Assembly (NCBI GenBank): GCA_038318085.1
Contig: JBBQBV010000001.1
Span: 2,728-66,727, forward strand
Direction: 5' to 3'
DNA: 64,000 nt
DNA from: Solirubrobacterales bacterium
GTDB taxonomy: Bacteria > Actinomycetota > Thermoleophilia > Solirubrobacterales > Solirubrobacteraceae
The position numbers and the translations under genes are program-made. The notes below the pieces were generated by a model. The model was not told the DNA's origin and made no database searches. It was given only the letters and a program-made list of their open reading frames with translations. This document shows positions 55,914-64,000 of this stretch, piece after piece. How positions within the stretch are numbered: the first letter of the stretch is position 1; each line of letters starts with the position of its first letter.

Positions 55914-57344
55914 GTGCGACGCCTCCTTCCAGCCGCGGCGACCATCGTAGGCATCGCCGTGGCGCTGCGGGTCGCCTACGACGCCTGGTATCTGAACTAC
56001 GACGCCCGCTACGGCCTTCTGTGGGCCCGCGACATCGCGCGCGGCCTCACCCCGGACTACGAGGCGCCCTTCGCCCCGACGCCGCACCCGCTGTCGACTG
56101 CCTGGAGCGCGCTCGCCCTGCCCTTCGGCCAGGACGGGGACCGGCTGATGGTGTGGTTCGTGCTGCTGAGCTTCGGGGCGCTGGTCTACCTCGCCTACCG
56201 GCTCGGCGCCGAGCTCTTCTCGCCGTGGGTCGGGGTCGTCACGGCGCTTGTCGTGCTGACGCGACCGGCGATGGAGCGCGACGCGCTCTACGGCTACCAG
56301 GACGTGCCGTTCGCGGTGCTGATAGTGCTCGCGGCGATCCTCGAGGCGCGCCGGCCGCGGCGCGGCGGCGCCGTGCTCGCCCTGCTGGTCGTCGCCGGGC
56401 TGATCCGCCCCGAGGCGTGGGTCCTCGGCGGGCTGTACTGGCTGTACCTGTTCGGATCGCGCACGTGGCCCGAGCGGCTCAGGCTCGCGCTGGTCGTGGC
56501 GATCGCGCCGGTCGCCTGGGCGCTGATGGACCTGATCGTCACCGGCGACGTCCTGCATTCGCTGCACGGGACCGCGGACCTCGCCGTGGCGGCCAACCGC
56601 CGCCGCAGCCTGTCCCAGGTCCCCTACTGGACCGCGAAGTACTACGCCGCCGCGCTGCGCGAGCCGCTCGTGCTCGGCGTGCCGCTCGGGCTCGCGTTCG
56701 CCTGGCGCCAGCGGGCGCGCTTCGGCGCCGCCGCCCGGCTGCCGCTGGCCGTCGCGGCGGCGATGACGCTCGTCTTCGCCGTCAACCCCGTGTTCGGGCT
56801 GCCCCTGATCGGCCGCTACGTCCGCACGCCGTCGGTCTTCCTGGCGCTGTTTTACGGGCTCGCCGTCGCGGGGTGGGCCCTGCTGGACCGCGAGCCGGCG
56901 CGCGAGCGGCGGATCTGGCAGGCGGTCGCCGCGGTCGCGGTCCTCGCCTCGCTCGTCTACGTCCCGGCCCACGTCGGCCTGCTCCGCGGCCTGCAGCAGC
57001 GCTTCGCCCGCGACGGCACGCTCTACGTCGACCTGCGCTCCGTGGGGCGCTCGGGGACCGTCCGGGCGGCCGCCCGGCGCTGCGGCCCGATCCTCGCGGC
57101 CGACCACCGTCCGATCCCGTACCTGCGCTGGTGGCTGGACGGCGATCCGGGCTCGGTCGGCACGGTCGAGGGCCGGCCCGCAGCGCTGGGCACCGCCCAC
57201 GTCGTCCTGCTCCCGCGCCGCGTCCGCCGCGTGCGCCGATTCTACGGCGTCAACTACCCGCAGGTCGCCCCGCCGGCCGGCGCGCGGCGCATCTACGAGA
57301 ACCGCTCCTGGCGGGTGTTCGCCCGGGCGGGGTGTGGTGGGTGA
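55914..57344 (+). CDS. GT-C-fold membrane glycosyltransferase (ArnT/PMT-like), putative
   Basis: 476 aa, polytopic, with an acidic first loop (YDARYGLLWARD) and a soluble C-terminal domain. The family call is tentative. Confidence 0.5.
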   Translation: MRRLLPAAATIVGIAVALRVAYDAWYLNYDARYGLLWARDIARGLTPDYEAPFAPTPHPLSTAWSALALPFGQDGDRLMVWFVLLSFGALVYLAYRLGAELFSPWVGVVTALVVLTRPAMERDALYGYQDVPFAVLIVLAAILEARRPRRGGAVLALLVVAGLIRPEAWVLGGLYWLYLFGSRTWPERLRLALVVAIAPVAWALMDLIVTGDVLHSLHGTADLAVAANRRRSLSQVPYWTAKYYAAALREPLVLGVPLGLAFAWRQRARFGAAARLPLAVAAAMTLVFAVNPVFGLPLIGRYVRTPSVFLALFYGLAVAGWALLDREPARERRIWQAVAAVAVLASLVYVPAHVGLLRGLQQRFARDGTLYVDLRSVGRSGTVRAAARRCGPILAADHRPIPYLRWWLDGDPGSVGTVEGRPAALGTAHVVLLPRRVRRVRRFYGVNYPQVAPPAGARRIYENRSWRVFARAGCGG

Positions 57345-57499
57345 GGGCGCGTCGCGATTTGTGCATTTGCACGCCTCCAGAGGGGGCAACCGCCCAGAAC
57401 CTCGTTTCGCGTAGCTGTCGAGCGGGCGGGCGGGCAGGCTGGTAAGGGAAGGGTTCGGTTCGCGCGCCCTGGTCGCCGCCGCTCATCGGGCCGCCATCC

Positions 57500-57532
57500 G
57501 CAGATAGGGCATCTAATGGATGCCAAATCTGC
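57500..57532. terminator. Stem-loop between convergent genes
   Basis: GCAGAT-AG-GGCATC-taatg-GATGCC-AA-ATCTGC gives 12 paired positions in a locally AT-richer stretch. It lies between the 3' ends of the GT-C gene (57344) and the ABC ATPase gene (57709). Confidence 0.4.
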
Positions 57533-57708
57533 GACGGGTCGGCGTCCGCGCGCGCACCGGCGATGTTCACGCGCTCAATGGGGGTCATAGCCCCGATAAA
57601 GCGCGTCCTCGCAAGAAACCGCTCCCTTCACCCGCCGCAGTAGACGCCTCGCGTCCCTGCGCCGACGCGTCACTGCGCCCGCGGCGCCGGGACACGCGCC
57701 GGCCGCCG

Positions 57709-58497
57709 CTACACGTCTTCGAGCGTGACCGCGTCCTGTGCCACGTCGAGGTAGTCGGTGTAGTGGTCGACGACCGTCTCGGCGTCGTCCCACATCTTCA
57801 GGACGCCCTTTTCGAGCCAGATCGCGCGGTCGCAGAGCTCCTTGATGGTGCCCAGGGCGTGGGAGACCAGGATGACCGTGCGGTCCTCGCCGCAGAGCTC
57901 GCGCATCTTGCGCGCCGACTTGCGCCGGAAGCGCGCGTCGCCGACGGAGAGGGCCTCGTCGATGAGCAGGATGTCCGGGTCCATGTTGACCGCGACGGAG
58001 AAGGCGAGGCGGCCGTACATGCCCGAGGAGTAGGTGCGCATCGGGAGGTCCATGAACTCCTCGAGCTCGGCGAAGGCCACGATGTCCTCGTACTTGTGCT
58101 CCATCTGCGTGCGCGTGAGGCCGGCGGCGAGGCCGCCGAGGATCACGTTCTGGCGCCCCGTGAGCTTGCGGTTGAAGCCGACGCCGAGCGCGAGCAGCGT
58201 CGACACACGGCCCTGGACCTCGACGCGGCCCTGGTTGGGCGGCAGGATGCCGGCGATCGTGCGCATGAGCGTCGACTTGCCGGCGCCGTTGGAGCCGACG
58301 ACGCCGAGCACGGTGCCGTGGGGGACGTCGAAGGAGACGTGCTTGACCGCGTTGACCTCGTGCACGATGCGCTCGCGGCGGCCGAGGCGCTTGACGGTGC
58401 CCTTGAGCGTCGGGTGGCTCTCGACCGACGTGCGGTAGGTGACCGAGACGTCCTGCACCTTGATGCTCAGGCGCTCAGAGGCGGACAGCGAACTCAC
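57709..58497 (-). CDS. ABC transporter ATP-binding protein (polysaccharide/teichoic-acid exporter type, Wzt/TagH-like)
   Basis: Walker A GSNGAGKST, signature YSSGMYGRL, Walker B ILLIDEAL. A short version without a C-terminal carbohydrate-binding domain. Confidence 0.85.
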   Translation of the reverse strand: MSSLSASERLSIKVQDVSVTYRTSVESHPTLKGTVKRLGRRERIVHEVNAVKHVSFDVPHGTVLGVVGSNGAGKSTLMRTIAGILPPNQGRVEVQGRVSTLLALGVGFNRKLTGRQNVILGGLAAGLTRTQMEHKYEDIVAFAELEEFMDLPMRTYSSGMYGRLAFSVAVNMDPDILLIDEALSVGDARFRRKSARKMRELCGEDRTVILVSHALGTIKELCDRAIWLEKGVLKMWDDAETVVDHYTDYLDVAQDAVTLEDV

Positions 58498-59353
58498 GCT
58501 CCCGGGACATGAAGAACAGGCCGCCGGCGATCATCGCGCCGCCGCCCCAGATCAGGGCGACAAGGACCGCGTGCCAGCCCGGCGCGTGGCCGGTGCGCAG
58601 GACGGCGTCCCAGGCGGCCAGCACCTGCCCGATCGGGTTGAGGTCGAGCAGGAACTGGTAGCGGCCGGGCATGCTGGAGGCGAAGTACAGGATCGGCGCC
58701 GAATAGAGCATCATGCGCAGTGCGTAGGGCAAGAAGCTCGCAAGGTCGCGAAAATAGACCTGCACGGCGGCCACGAGCACGGCGAAGCCGGTCGCGATCA
58801 TCGTCATGATCACGACGAGCGGGAGGACCCACAGCAGCTGCGGGCCGACCGGCAGCCCGAAGGCCAGGTGGATCGGGATGTACACGACCGCCGTCGGGAT
58901 GAAGCGCTTGAAGGCGGTGATCACCGACGAGATCGGCAGCAGCATGCGCGGGAAGGCGCTGTTGAGGATCAGCTTGCCGCCGCGGGTCACGGACTTCACG
59001 GCGTCGCGGATCGCGCCGGACACGTAGTAGTAGGCGAAGATGCCGGCCACCAGGTGCGGCAGGAAGTCCGGCGGCCGCCTGCCGCCGCGCACGATGTCGA
59101 TGAGGATGAAGTACACGCCGGCCAACAGCAGCGGGTTGAGCACGAGCCAGAGCTGGCCGAAGACGGTCTCGAAGTGGTCGGCGCGCAGCTTGGTGCGCGA
59201 GAGCTCGAGGGCGAACGCCCGCCGCCGCCACACCTCCTTGAGGTACTGGCGGATCGGTGGCAGCCCGACGAGATGGGGCTCGTAGACGTGCGACTGCGAC
59301 GCCCACTCGTTGGTGGCGTGGTGCTTGGCGGGCGCCTCGGTCGGGGTGCTCAT
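58475..59353 (-). CDS. ABC-2 type exporter permease (Wzm/TagG-like)
   Basis: ATG at 59353. Six hydrophobic segments and FGQLWLVLNPLL, typical of ABC-2 permeases. Overlaps the ATPase gene start. Confidence 0.8.
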   Translation of the reverse strand: MSTPTEAPAKHHATNEWASQSHVYEPHLVGLPPIRQYLKEVWRRRAFALELSRTKLRADHFETVFGQLWLVLNPLLLAGVYFILIDIVRGGRRPPDFLPHLVAGIFAYYYVSGAIRDAVKSVTRGGKLILNSAFPRMLLPISSVITAFKRFIPTAVVYIPIHLAFGLPVGPQLLWVLPLVVIMTMIATGFAVLVAAVQVYFRDLASFLPYALRMMLYSAPILYFASSMPGRYQFLLDLNPIGQVLAAWDAVLRTGHAPGWHAVLVALIWGGGAMIAGGLFFMSREREFAVRL

Positions 59354-59388
59354 GTTGGAAGGTGAGGCTAGTGCTGGGATGCTGTGCG

Positions 59389-60246
59389 CTACATGATCGG
59401 GGGGCGCCCGGCGCGGGTCATCCGCCACAGCGTGGAGGCCCGCAGCGGGCGCCGTTTCCCGGCGGGGAACCGCAGGCCGTCGCGATATCCGCGCAGCGTC
59501 TCCCCGACGGCCTGCCGCGACCGGTGGCGCGGGAGGGAGCGCAGCGCGAAGCTCAGGACATAGAGCGCCCCGATCGGGGCGGGGAGGTGCCGGCGGGCGA
59601 GGTAGACGCGGTTGCGGGCACCGTAGTAGAAGGAATACGCGTGCGGCGGGCCTCCGGTCACGGGGTGCAGCGCCGCGATGTCGCCGGCGTAGCGGATGTG
59701 AAAGCCCGCGTCCATGACGCGCCAGCCGAGGTCGATGCCCTCGTGCACGAAGCGGAAGCCGGCCGGCCAGCCGCCGACGGCGTCGAAGAGCGAGCGCCGC
59801 ACGGCGACCGCCCCCTCCCAGACGCAGGTGACCTCGCTCGACCGGGTGCGGTCTCCGACGCGCACGCGCGGCGTCCAGTCGCGCACCGGCGTGCCGCCGT
59901 CGCGGGGGTCAACGCGCAGCTGGACCATGCCCAGCGACGGGTCGGACGCGAACAGCGCCGCAACGCGCGCCAGCGCGTCGTCAGACGCCAGCGACGCGTC
60001 GTCGTCAAGAAAGAACAGCAGCTCGCCGCTGACGTGGCCGACGCCGGCGTTGCGCCCCGCCGGGATGCCCTCGTCGACCTCGACGTGCACCGCCGCCACG
60101 CCCGCCGGCAGGCCGGTCGGGGCCCACCCGTTGCCCACCACCGCGATTCCGAGCCCGACGCCGGTCTGGCGCAGCAGCGAGTCCAGGGCCAGGCGCAGGT
60201 CGGCGGGCTTGCGCCCCGTCGTCAGCAGCACGCAGCCGAAGGTCAT
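59389..60246 (-). CDS. GT2-family glycosyltransferase
   Basis: CVLLTTGRKP..., GIPAGRNAG, and FFLDDDA (the DxD motif). ATGA overlap with the upstream gene. Confidence 0.8.
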   Translation of the reverse strand: MTFGCVLLTTGRKPADLRLALDSLLRQTGVGLGIAVVGNGWAPTGLPAGVAAVHVEVDEGIPAGRNAGVGHVSGELLFFLDDDASLASDDALARVAALFASDPSLGMVQLRVDPRDGGTPVRDWTPRVRVGDRTRSSEVTCVWEGAVAVRRSLFDAVGGWPAGFRFVHEGIDLGWRVMDAGFHIRYAGDIAALHPVTGGPPHAYSFYYGARNRVYLARRHLPAPIGALYVLSFALRSLPRHRSRQAVGETLRGYRDGLRFPAGKRRPLRASTLWRMTRAGRPPIM

Positions 60247-61007
60247 CGCAGGCGGGCGGACGTGACGATGGCGGCAAGGTGCCCTACCGCGGTGACGGCG
60301 GCGATCGGCACGAGCGCTGTGACCAGTACGCGCGTGCCGTGGTGGTCGCCTCCGGCGGCGTCGACGATCGCCGCGGCCAGCGCGAGCAGCGTCGCCTCCA
60401 TCGCGACGAAGGCGCGAAAGAACGGGAAGAAGCCGACCGCGGTGCGCGCTCGGGCGAGCAGCGAAGGGCGCGGCGCGGCGGCCGCGGCGGTGTCGTCGGC
60501 GCTGGCCTGCCCGGACTCGAGCCGCGCGACGGCGACCAGCGCGCTCTCGGTGCGCACGGCCAGCGCGAGCAGGGCGGCGACGAGCCCGAGCACCGGCTCG
60601 CCGGCGCGCAGGCCCAGCGCCACCGGGAACAGCGTCTCGGTCAGGTAGTGGCCGAAGCGGTCCAGGTAGATGCCCACGGGGGAGAACTGCCGGCGCCAGC
60701 GGGCGAGCTCGCCGTCGGAGCAGTCGAGCAGGATCTGCAGCTGGATCAGGACCACGGCGGCGCCGGCGGTGAGGACGCCGTCGAGGGCCAGGCAGACGGC
60801 GGCTAGGACGCCGACGCCGATCATCAGCGACGTCACGGCGTTCGGCGTCAGGCGGGTGGGGATGAGCAGCCGCGTCAGGTACGGCGATCCGCGCCGGATG
60901 TACAGCCTCCCCGCCCAGTGCTCGCCGCTGTTGCGGGCGAAGATGGACGCGGGCTGGGTGACCTCGCGCAGCTCAGCGATCGACGGCCTCGGCGAAGGCG
61001 CTGACAC
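60243..61007 (-). CDS. CDP-alcohol phosphatidyltransferase-family protein
   Basis: The signature D-x2-DG-x2-AR...G-x3-D-x3-D is present as DCSDGELARWRRQFSPVGIYLDRFGHY. Polytopic. The GTG start overlaps the upstream gene's 3' end by 35 nt, so the start is uncertain. Confidence 0.8.
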   Translation of the reverse strand: MSAPSPRPSIAELREVTQPASIFARNSGEHWAGRLYIRRGSPYLTRLLIPTRLTPNAVTSLMIGVGVLAAVCLALDGVLTAGAAVVLIQLQILLDCSDGELARWRRQFSPVGIYLDRFGHYLTETLFPVALGLRAGEPVLGLVAALLALAVRTESALVAVARLESGQASADDTAAAAAPRPSLLARARTAVGFFPFFRAFVAMEATLLALAAAIVDAAGGDHHGTRVLVTALVPIAAVTAVGHLAAIVTSARLR

Positions 61008-62013
61008 GCCGCTGCACCTCCCCGTGGTCGAGGTCGAGGTGCTCGAGGATCGTGAAGCGTCCCGGCCGCGTCTCGGGCGCGTAGGCCACGGCCTCCGAGA
61101 ACTGCTCGGCGGTGAGGCCGAGGTCGGCCGGCGTGCGCGGCAGCGAGTGCCGCGCGAGACAGGCGCTCAGCGTGGCGAACATCGCGTCGTCTGAGCGCAA
61201 AAAGGTCGTGAACAGGCTCGCCGCGCCCGCCAGTTCCCCGTGGTGGGCTGTGCCGGGGAACAGGTGGTCGATCGCGTGCAGGATCTCGTGGTCGCCGCCG
61301 GAGCAGGGGCGGCTCGACCCGGCGGTGGCCATCGCCAGACCGGAGAGGACGAGCGCCTCGGCGAGCGCGAACAAAAAGGCGTCGTCCTGCACGCCGTCCC
61401 GGCGGTGCAGGATCGCCATCGCGGCGGTGTGGGCGAAGGTGACGGCGAGGCCGTCGACGGACTCGCCGCGCTCGCGCCCGGCCAGGCGCCAGTCGGCCAC
61501 CGCGGCCAGGTTGGAGACGGCGTCGCCGATCCCCGCCCGCCGCATCGCCAGCTCCGAGCGGCGCACGTAGTCGAGGTCGACCATGACGGCGATCGGCATC
61601 TGCACGCCGTAGGAGGCCTTGCGGCCGTCGTGCTCGAGCGAGGCGACCGGCGAGGCGAGGCCGTCGTGGGCGAGCGAGGTCGCCACGGCGACCATCGGCA
61701 GGCCCGTCAGCGTCGCGGCGTGCTTGGTCGCGTCGAGCGTCCGGCCGCCGCCGATGCCGACGACGGCGTCGTAAAAGCCGCCGCGCAGCCGCGTCGCGAG
61801 CTCGCGCGCCGCCTCGACCGTGCCGCCCTCGACGGTCCAGATCGCGGCGTTGACCAGGTTCGGGCGCAGCGCCGCCGCGATCTCCTCCCCGAGCCCGGGC
61901 CCGACCGCGACCGCGACGTGGCCGCCGCTGGAGATGCGCCGGTCGGCGAGCAGCGGGGCCAGGGACGCCACCGCGCCGGGGCCGATGTCGACCGCCAGCG
62001 GGGTGCCGATCAT
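60973..62013 (-). CDS. sn-Glycerol-1-phosphate dehydrogenase-like enzyme (AraM/EgsA type, Fe-ADH/DHQS superfamily)
   Basis: ATG at 62013. 346 aa. VVGIGGGRTLDATKHAA, VATSLAHDGLASPVAS (the G1PDH-typical S-x-DG-x-x-SP), GDAVSN, and GGDHEILHAID...HGE metal ligands. Confidence 0.7.
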   Translation of the reverse strand: MIGTPLAVDIGPGAVASLAPLLADRRISSGGHVAVAVGPGLGEEIAAALRPNLVNAAIWTVEGGTVEAARELATRLRGGFYDAVVGIGGGRTLDATKHAATLTGLPMVAVATSLAHDGLASPVASLEHDGRKASYGVQMPIAVMVDLDYVRRSELAMRRAGIGDAVSNLAAVADWRLAGRERGESVDGLAVTFAHTAAMAILHRRDGVQDDAFLFALAEALVLSGLAMATAGSSRPCSGGDHEILHAIDHLFPGTAHHGELAGAASLFTTFLRSDDAMFATLSACLARHSLPRTPADLGLTAEQFSEAVAYAPETRPGRFTILEHLDLDHGEVQRRVSAFAEAVDR

Positions 62014-62018
62014 GCGGC

Positions 62019-62753
62019 TCAGCAGCGGCACGCGACCTCGCGGGCCCGGACCAGGTCGGCGTGGTCGTCGACCTCGACCCACTCGACGCCGCCGATCGGC
62101 GTCGTGCCGATGCGCCCGCCGCGGTCGGCGAGCTCCTTGAAGCCGTCCTCGTAGTAGCGCTGCGGGTCGCGCTCGAACGTCACCCGCAGGGCCTCGGCGA
62201 GCGGCTCGGCGGCCTGCGGCTCGATCAGCGTGAGGCCGATGTACTCGCCGGCGGCGGCCGCCGGGTCGAGCGCCTTGTTGATGTCCACGAGCAGGCCGGC
62301 GTCTGACACGGAGACCTTCATCTCCTCCTCGCCGAGCACCTTCTCGTCGTCGAGCGCGATGACCAGCTCGGGGCCGCCTGAGCTGTCGATCAGCGCCTCG
62401 GTCACGCTGACGGGCGCGATCGTGTCCCCGTTGACCAGGACGACGCCGCGGTGAAAATGCGCCCGCGCGCACCACAGCGAGTAGGCGTTGTTCCACACCT
62501 CGGCCTTGTCGTTTACGACGAGCTCGAGGCTGACCCCGTGCTCGGCCTCCAGCGCGGTCCGGCGCTCGAGCAGCGCCGACGCCCTGTACCCGGTCACCAC
62601 CACGACGTCCGTGAGGCCGGCGCGGGCGAAGTTGGCCAGGCAGACGTCGAGAATCGTGCGGTCGCCGTCCACCGGCACGAGCGTCTTGGGCAGCGTGTCC
62701 GTGTACGGCGCCAGCCGGCGCCCGGCACCGGCCGCGAGGACCATGCCGATCAT
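62019..62753 (-). CDS. Nucleotidyltransferase (cytidylyltransferase-like, NTP_transferase fold)
   Basis: ATG at 62753 overlaps the upstream stop (ATGA). MVLAAGAGRRLAPYTDTLPKTLVPV is a G-rich NTP loop. 244 aa. It resembles LicC / inositol-1-P cytidylyltransferase-type enzymes. Confidence 0.75.
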   Translation of the reverse strand: MIGMVLAAGAGRRLAPYTDTLPKTLVPVDGDRTILDVCLANFARAGLTDVVVVTGYRASALLERRTALEAEHGVSLELVVNDKAEVWNNAYSLWCARAHFHRGVVLVNGDTIAPVSVTEALIDSSGGPELVIALDDEKVLGEEEMKVSVSDAGLLVDINKALDPAAAAGEYIGLTLIEPQAAEPLAEALRVTFERDPQRYYEDGFKELADRGGRIGTTPIGGVEWVEVDDHADLVRAREVACRC

Positions 62754-64000
62754 CCGCCCTCCTCCTCGTCGGTGTCGTCGGAGACGTCGACGCGCGCCGC
62801 GCGGCCCGCCGTGGTCCAGGTGCGCACCGCGTCGCCGACGAACAGCAGCGCGAAGAACGCGGCCGCGACCCAGTAGCCCGCCGGCAGCGCGCCCGCCACG
62901 AGCAGGATTACGCCCAGCACGATCCGCCCGTCCCAGCCCAGCCCGAGAGCCGAGACGAGCGCCGGCGGCTCCGTCCCGTGGTGGCGCAGCCGGTAGACGA
63001 GGTCGTACTCGCGAAAGCACACCGCGCACAGCAGCGCGAAGGCGGCGGGCACGGCCAGGCGCCCGTCCAGCGTCGCCAGCCAGGTGATGGTCGCGAACTC
63101 CGCCGCGCGCAGGGCGGGCGGGACCAGCCAGCGCAGGCGGTCGACATGGGGGCTGTGCGCCGACGCACCGCCCGTGAGGACGAGCCAGGCGACGACCAGG
63201 ACGGCGCCGACGTGCGACGTCCGGTCGCCGTTGACGACCAGGTTGACGAGCAGCGGCACCGCGCCGGCGCCGATCAGCGCGATCGGCACGGCCGGGAGAC
63301 CGATCCGCAGCCGCTTGGCGAGCGGCCCGTCGTCGCGGTAGAGCTCGATGCGGCCGCGCCCGCCGCCCGCCGGCGCCACCGCAGCCTGCGAGCGCAGCGC
63401 GCGCAGCAGCCGGCCGCCGAGGATGTAGGCGGTGGCGAACCCGCCCCAGCTCAGCAGCACGATGAACGTCACCCGGGGGGTGAACAGCGCCGCCGACAGC
63501 GAGATCACGGCGAAGCGCTCGCCGATCGGGAACTGGATCATCTTCTTGACCCAGACGACGCGGCGGCGGCGCCCCAGCCGGCGCCACCAGCGCACGGCGC
63601 GGTGCAGCGGGCTCCGCGGGACCGGGGCGGGCCGCTCCTCGCGCGCGAGCGGCGCCGAGCGCAGCCACACCGGCGTGTTGAGGCCGAAGCCGTCGCCGGG
63701 GACGTCGAGCGGGGCGTGGTCGACGCCGCCGATGATCTCCTGCTGTACCGCCGGATAGGAGAAGTCGACCGCGTGACGCGCGGTCTGCAGGGCGAGGCAG
63801 GCGCACGCGAGCACCCACACGTCGTCGCCGCTCTGGGTGGCGCCGAGCGCCAGGCCCGCGAATACGGCGTACTCCTTGGTGCGGTCGAAGATCGAGTCCA
63901 GCCACGCCCCGAACTTCGAGAATCGCCGCGTGTAGCGGGCGAGCTGGCCGTCGACGCAATCGAAGGTGAACGCGAGCTGCAGCAGCACGGCGCCCGTGAC
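62750..64000 (-). CDS. CDP-alcohol phosphatidyltransferase-family protein with long polytopic C-terminal extension (5' end outside the window)
   Basis: The signature DCVDGQLARYTRRFSKFGAWLDSIFDRTKE sits at the very start of the visible ORF, so the true N-terminus lies beyond 64000. At least 8 further hydrophobic segments follow. Confidence 0.75.
   Translation of the reverse strand, partial: VTGAVLLQLAFTFDCVDGQLARYTRRFSKFGAWLDSIFDRTKEYAVFAGLALGATQSGDDVWVLACACLALQTARHAVDFSYPAVQQEIIGGVDHAPLDVPGDGFGLNTPVWLRSAPLAREERPAPVPRSPLHRAVRWWRRLGRRRRVVWVKKMIQFPIGERFAVISLSAALFTPRVTFIVLLSWGGFATAYILGGRLLRALRSQAAVAPAGGGRGRIELYRDDGPLAKRLRIGLPAVPIALIGAGAVPLLVNLVVNGDRTSHVGAVLVVAWLVLTGGASAHSPHVDRLRWLVPPALRAAEFATITWLATLDGRLAVPAAFALLCAVCFREYDLVYRLRHHGTEPPALVSALGLGWDGRIVLGVILLVAGALPAGYWVAAAFFALLFVGDAVRTWTTAGRAARVDVSDDTDEEEGG

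Noticed and set aside
54368-57389. Long ORFs 53711..55954 (upstream part), 54487..55899 (+) and 55896..57389 (-)
   Set aside because: They overlap the polytopic Wzy-like and GT-C genes in other frames or strands. The products are highly charged Arg/Asp/Gly-rich, unlike the hydrophobic real products.
57250-57588. 112-aa and 77-aa minus-strand ORFs in the 364-nt gap
   Set aside because: There is no motif, the composition is Arg/Pro/Ala-rich, and they overlap the 3' end of the GT-C gene antisense. They are treated as non-coding pending data.
62014-63959. Arg-rich N-terminal extensions of ORFs 60973..62496 and 62019..63959
   Set aside because: The domain-bearing parts begin at the internal ATGs 62013 and 62753, which sit at operon-style junctions. 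The extensions overlap the upstream genes out of frame.

Overview
The window is a high-GC (roughly 70%), gene-dense chromosomal segment of actinobacterial type. Two gene orders support this placement: tlyA-nadK-recN-pyrG-NUDIX-xerD and recO-dgt-dnaG-tRNA-Asn. Many genes are translationally coupled through ATGA, GTGA or TGATG start/stop overlaps. Most long ORFs in the six-frame track are Arg/Ala/Pro-rich shadow frames of the real genes and are not called.

Content from left to right:
- An aromatic amino acid block (aroH, hisC-like, aroF, tyrA, aroA), then cmk, der and metK.
- An xseB-ispA-dxs isoprenoid block.
- An orphan GAF histidine-kinase-like gene that lacks the phospho-acceptor His.
- Housekeeping DNA-repair and nucleotide genes.
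- A free-standing HTH-HNH endonuclease ORF between dnaG and tRNA-Asn, bracketed by copies of the tRNA 5' end.
- A GT1 glycosyltransferase / F420-type LLM oxidoreductase pair.
- A hybrid HK -> HD-GYP -> CheY operon.
- A tightly coupled four-gene amide-ligase operon: circularly permuted ATP-grasp -> C26 amidohydrolase -> GCS2 carboxylate-amine ligase -> AsnB.
- A patatin gene, a secreted beta-propeller protein, and an ArsR/SRPBCC pair with a frameshift.
- rpiA and a HAMP adenylate cyclase.
- A cell-envelope cluster running to the right edge: sulfotransferase, Wzy-like ligase, GT-C, ABC-2 exporter, GT2, two CDP-alcohol phosphatidyltransferases, a cytidylyltransferase and a glycerol-1-phosphate-dehydrogenase-like enzyme.

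No CRISPR array, rRNA, transposase or prophage was seen. The best candidates for undescribed biology are the amide-ligase operon (40.8-45.9 kb), the G1P-dehydrogenase / CDP-alcohol cluster (59.4-64.0 kb) and the HNH cassette at the tRNA-Asn gene. All family assignments rest on motifs read by eye. No database search was run.
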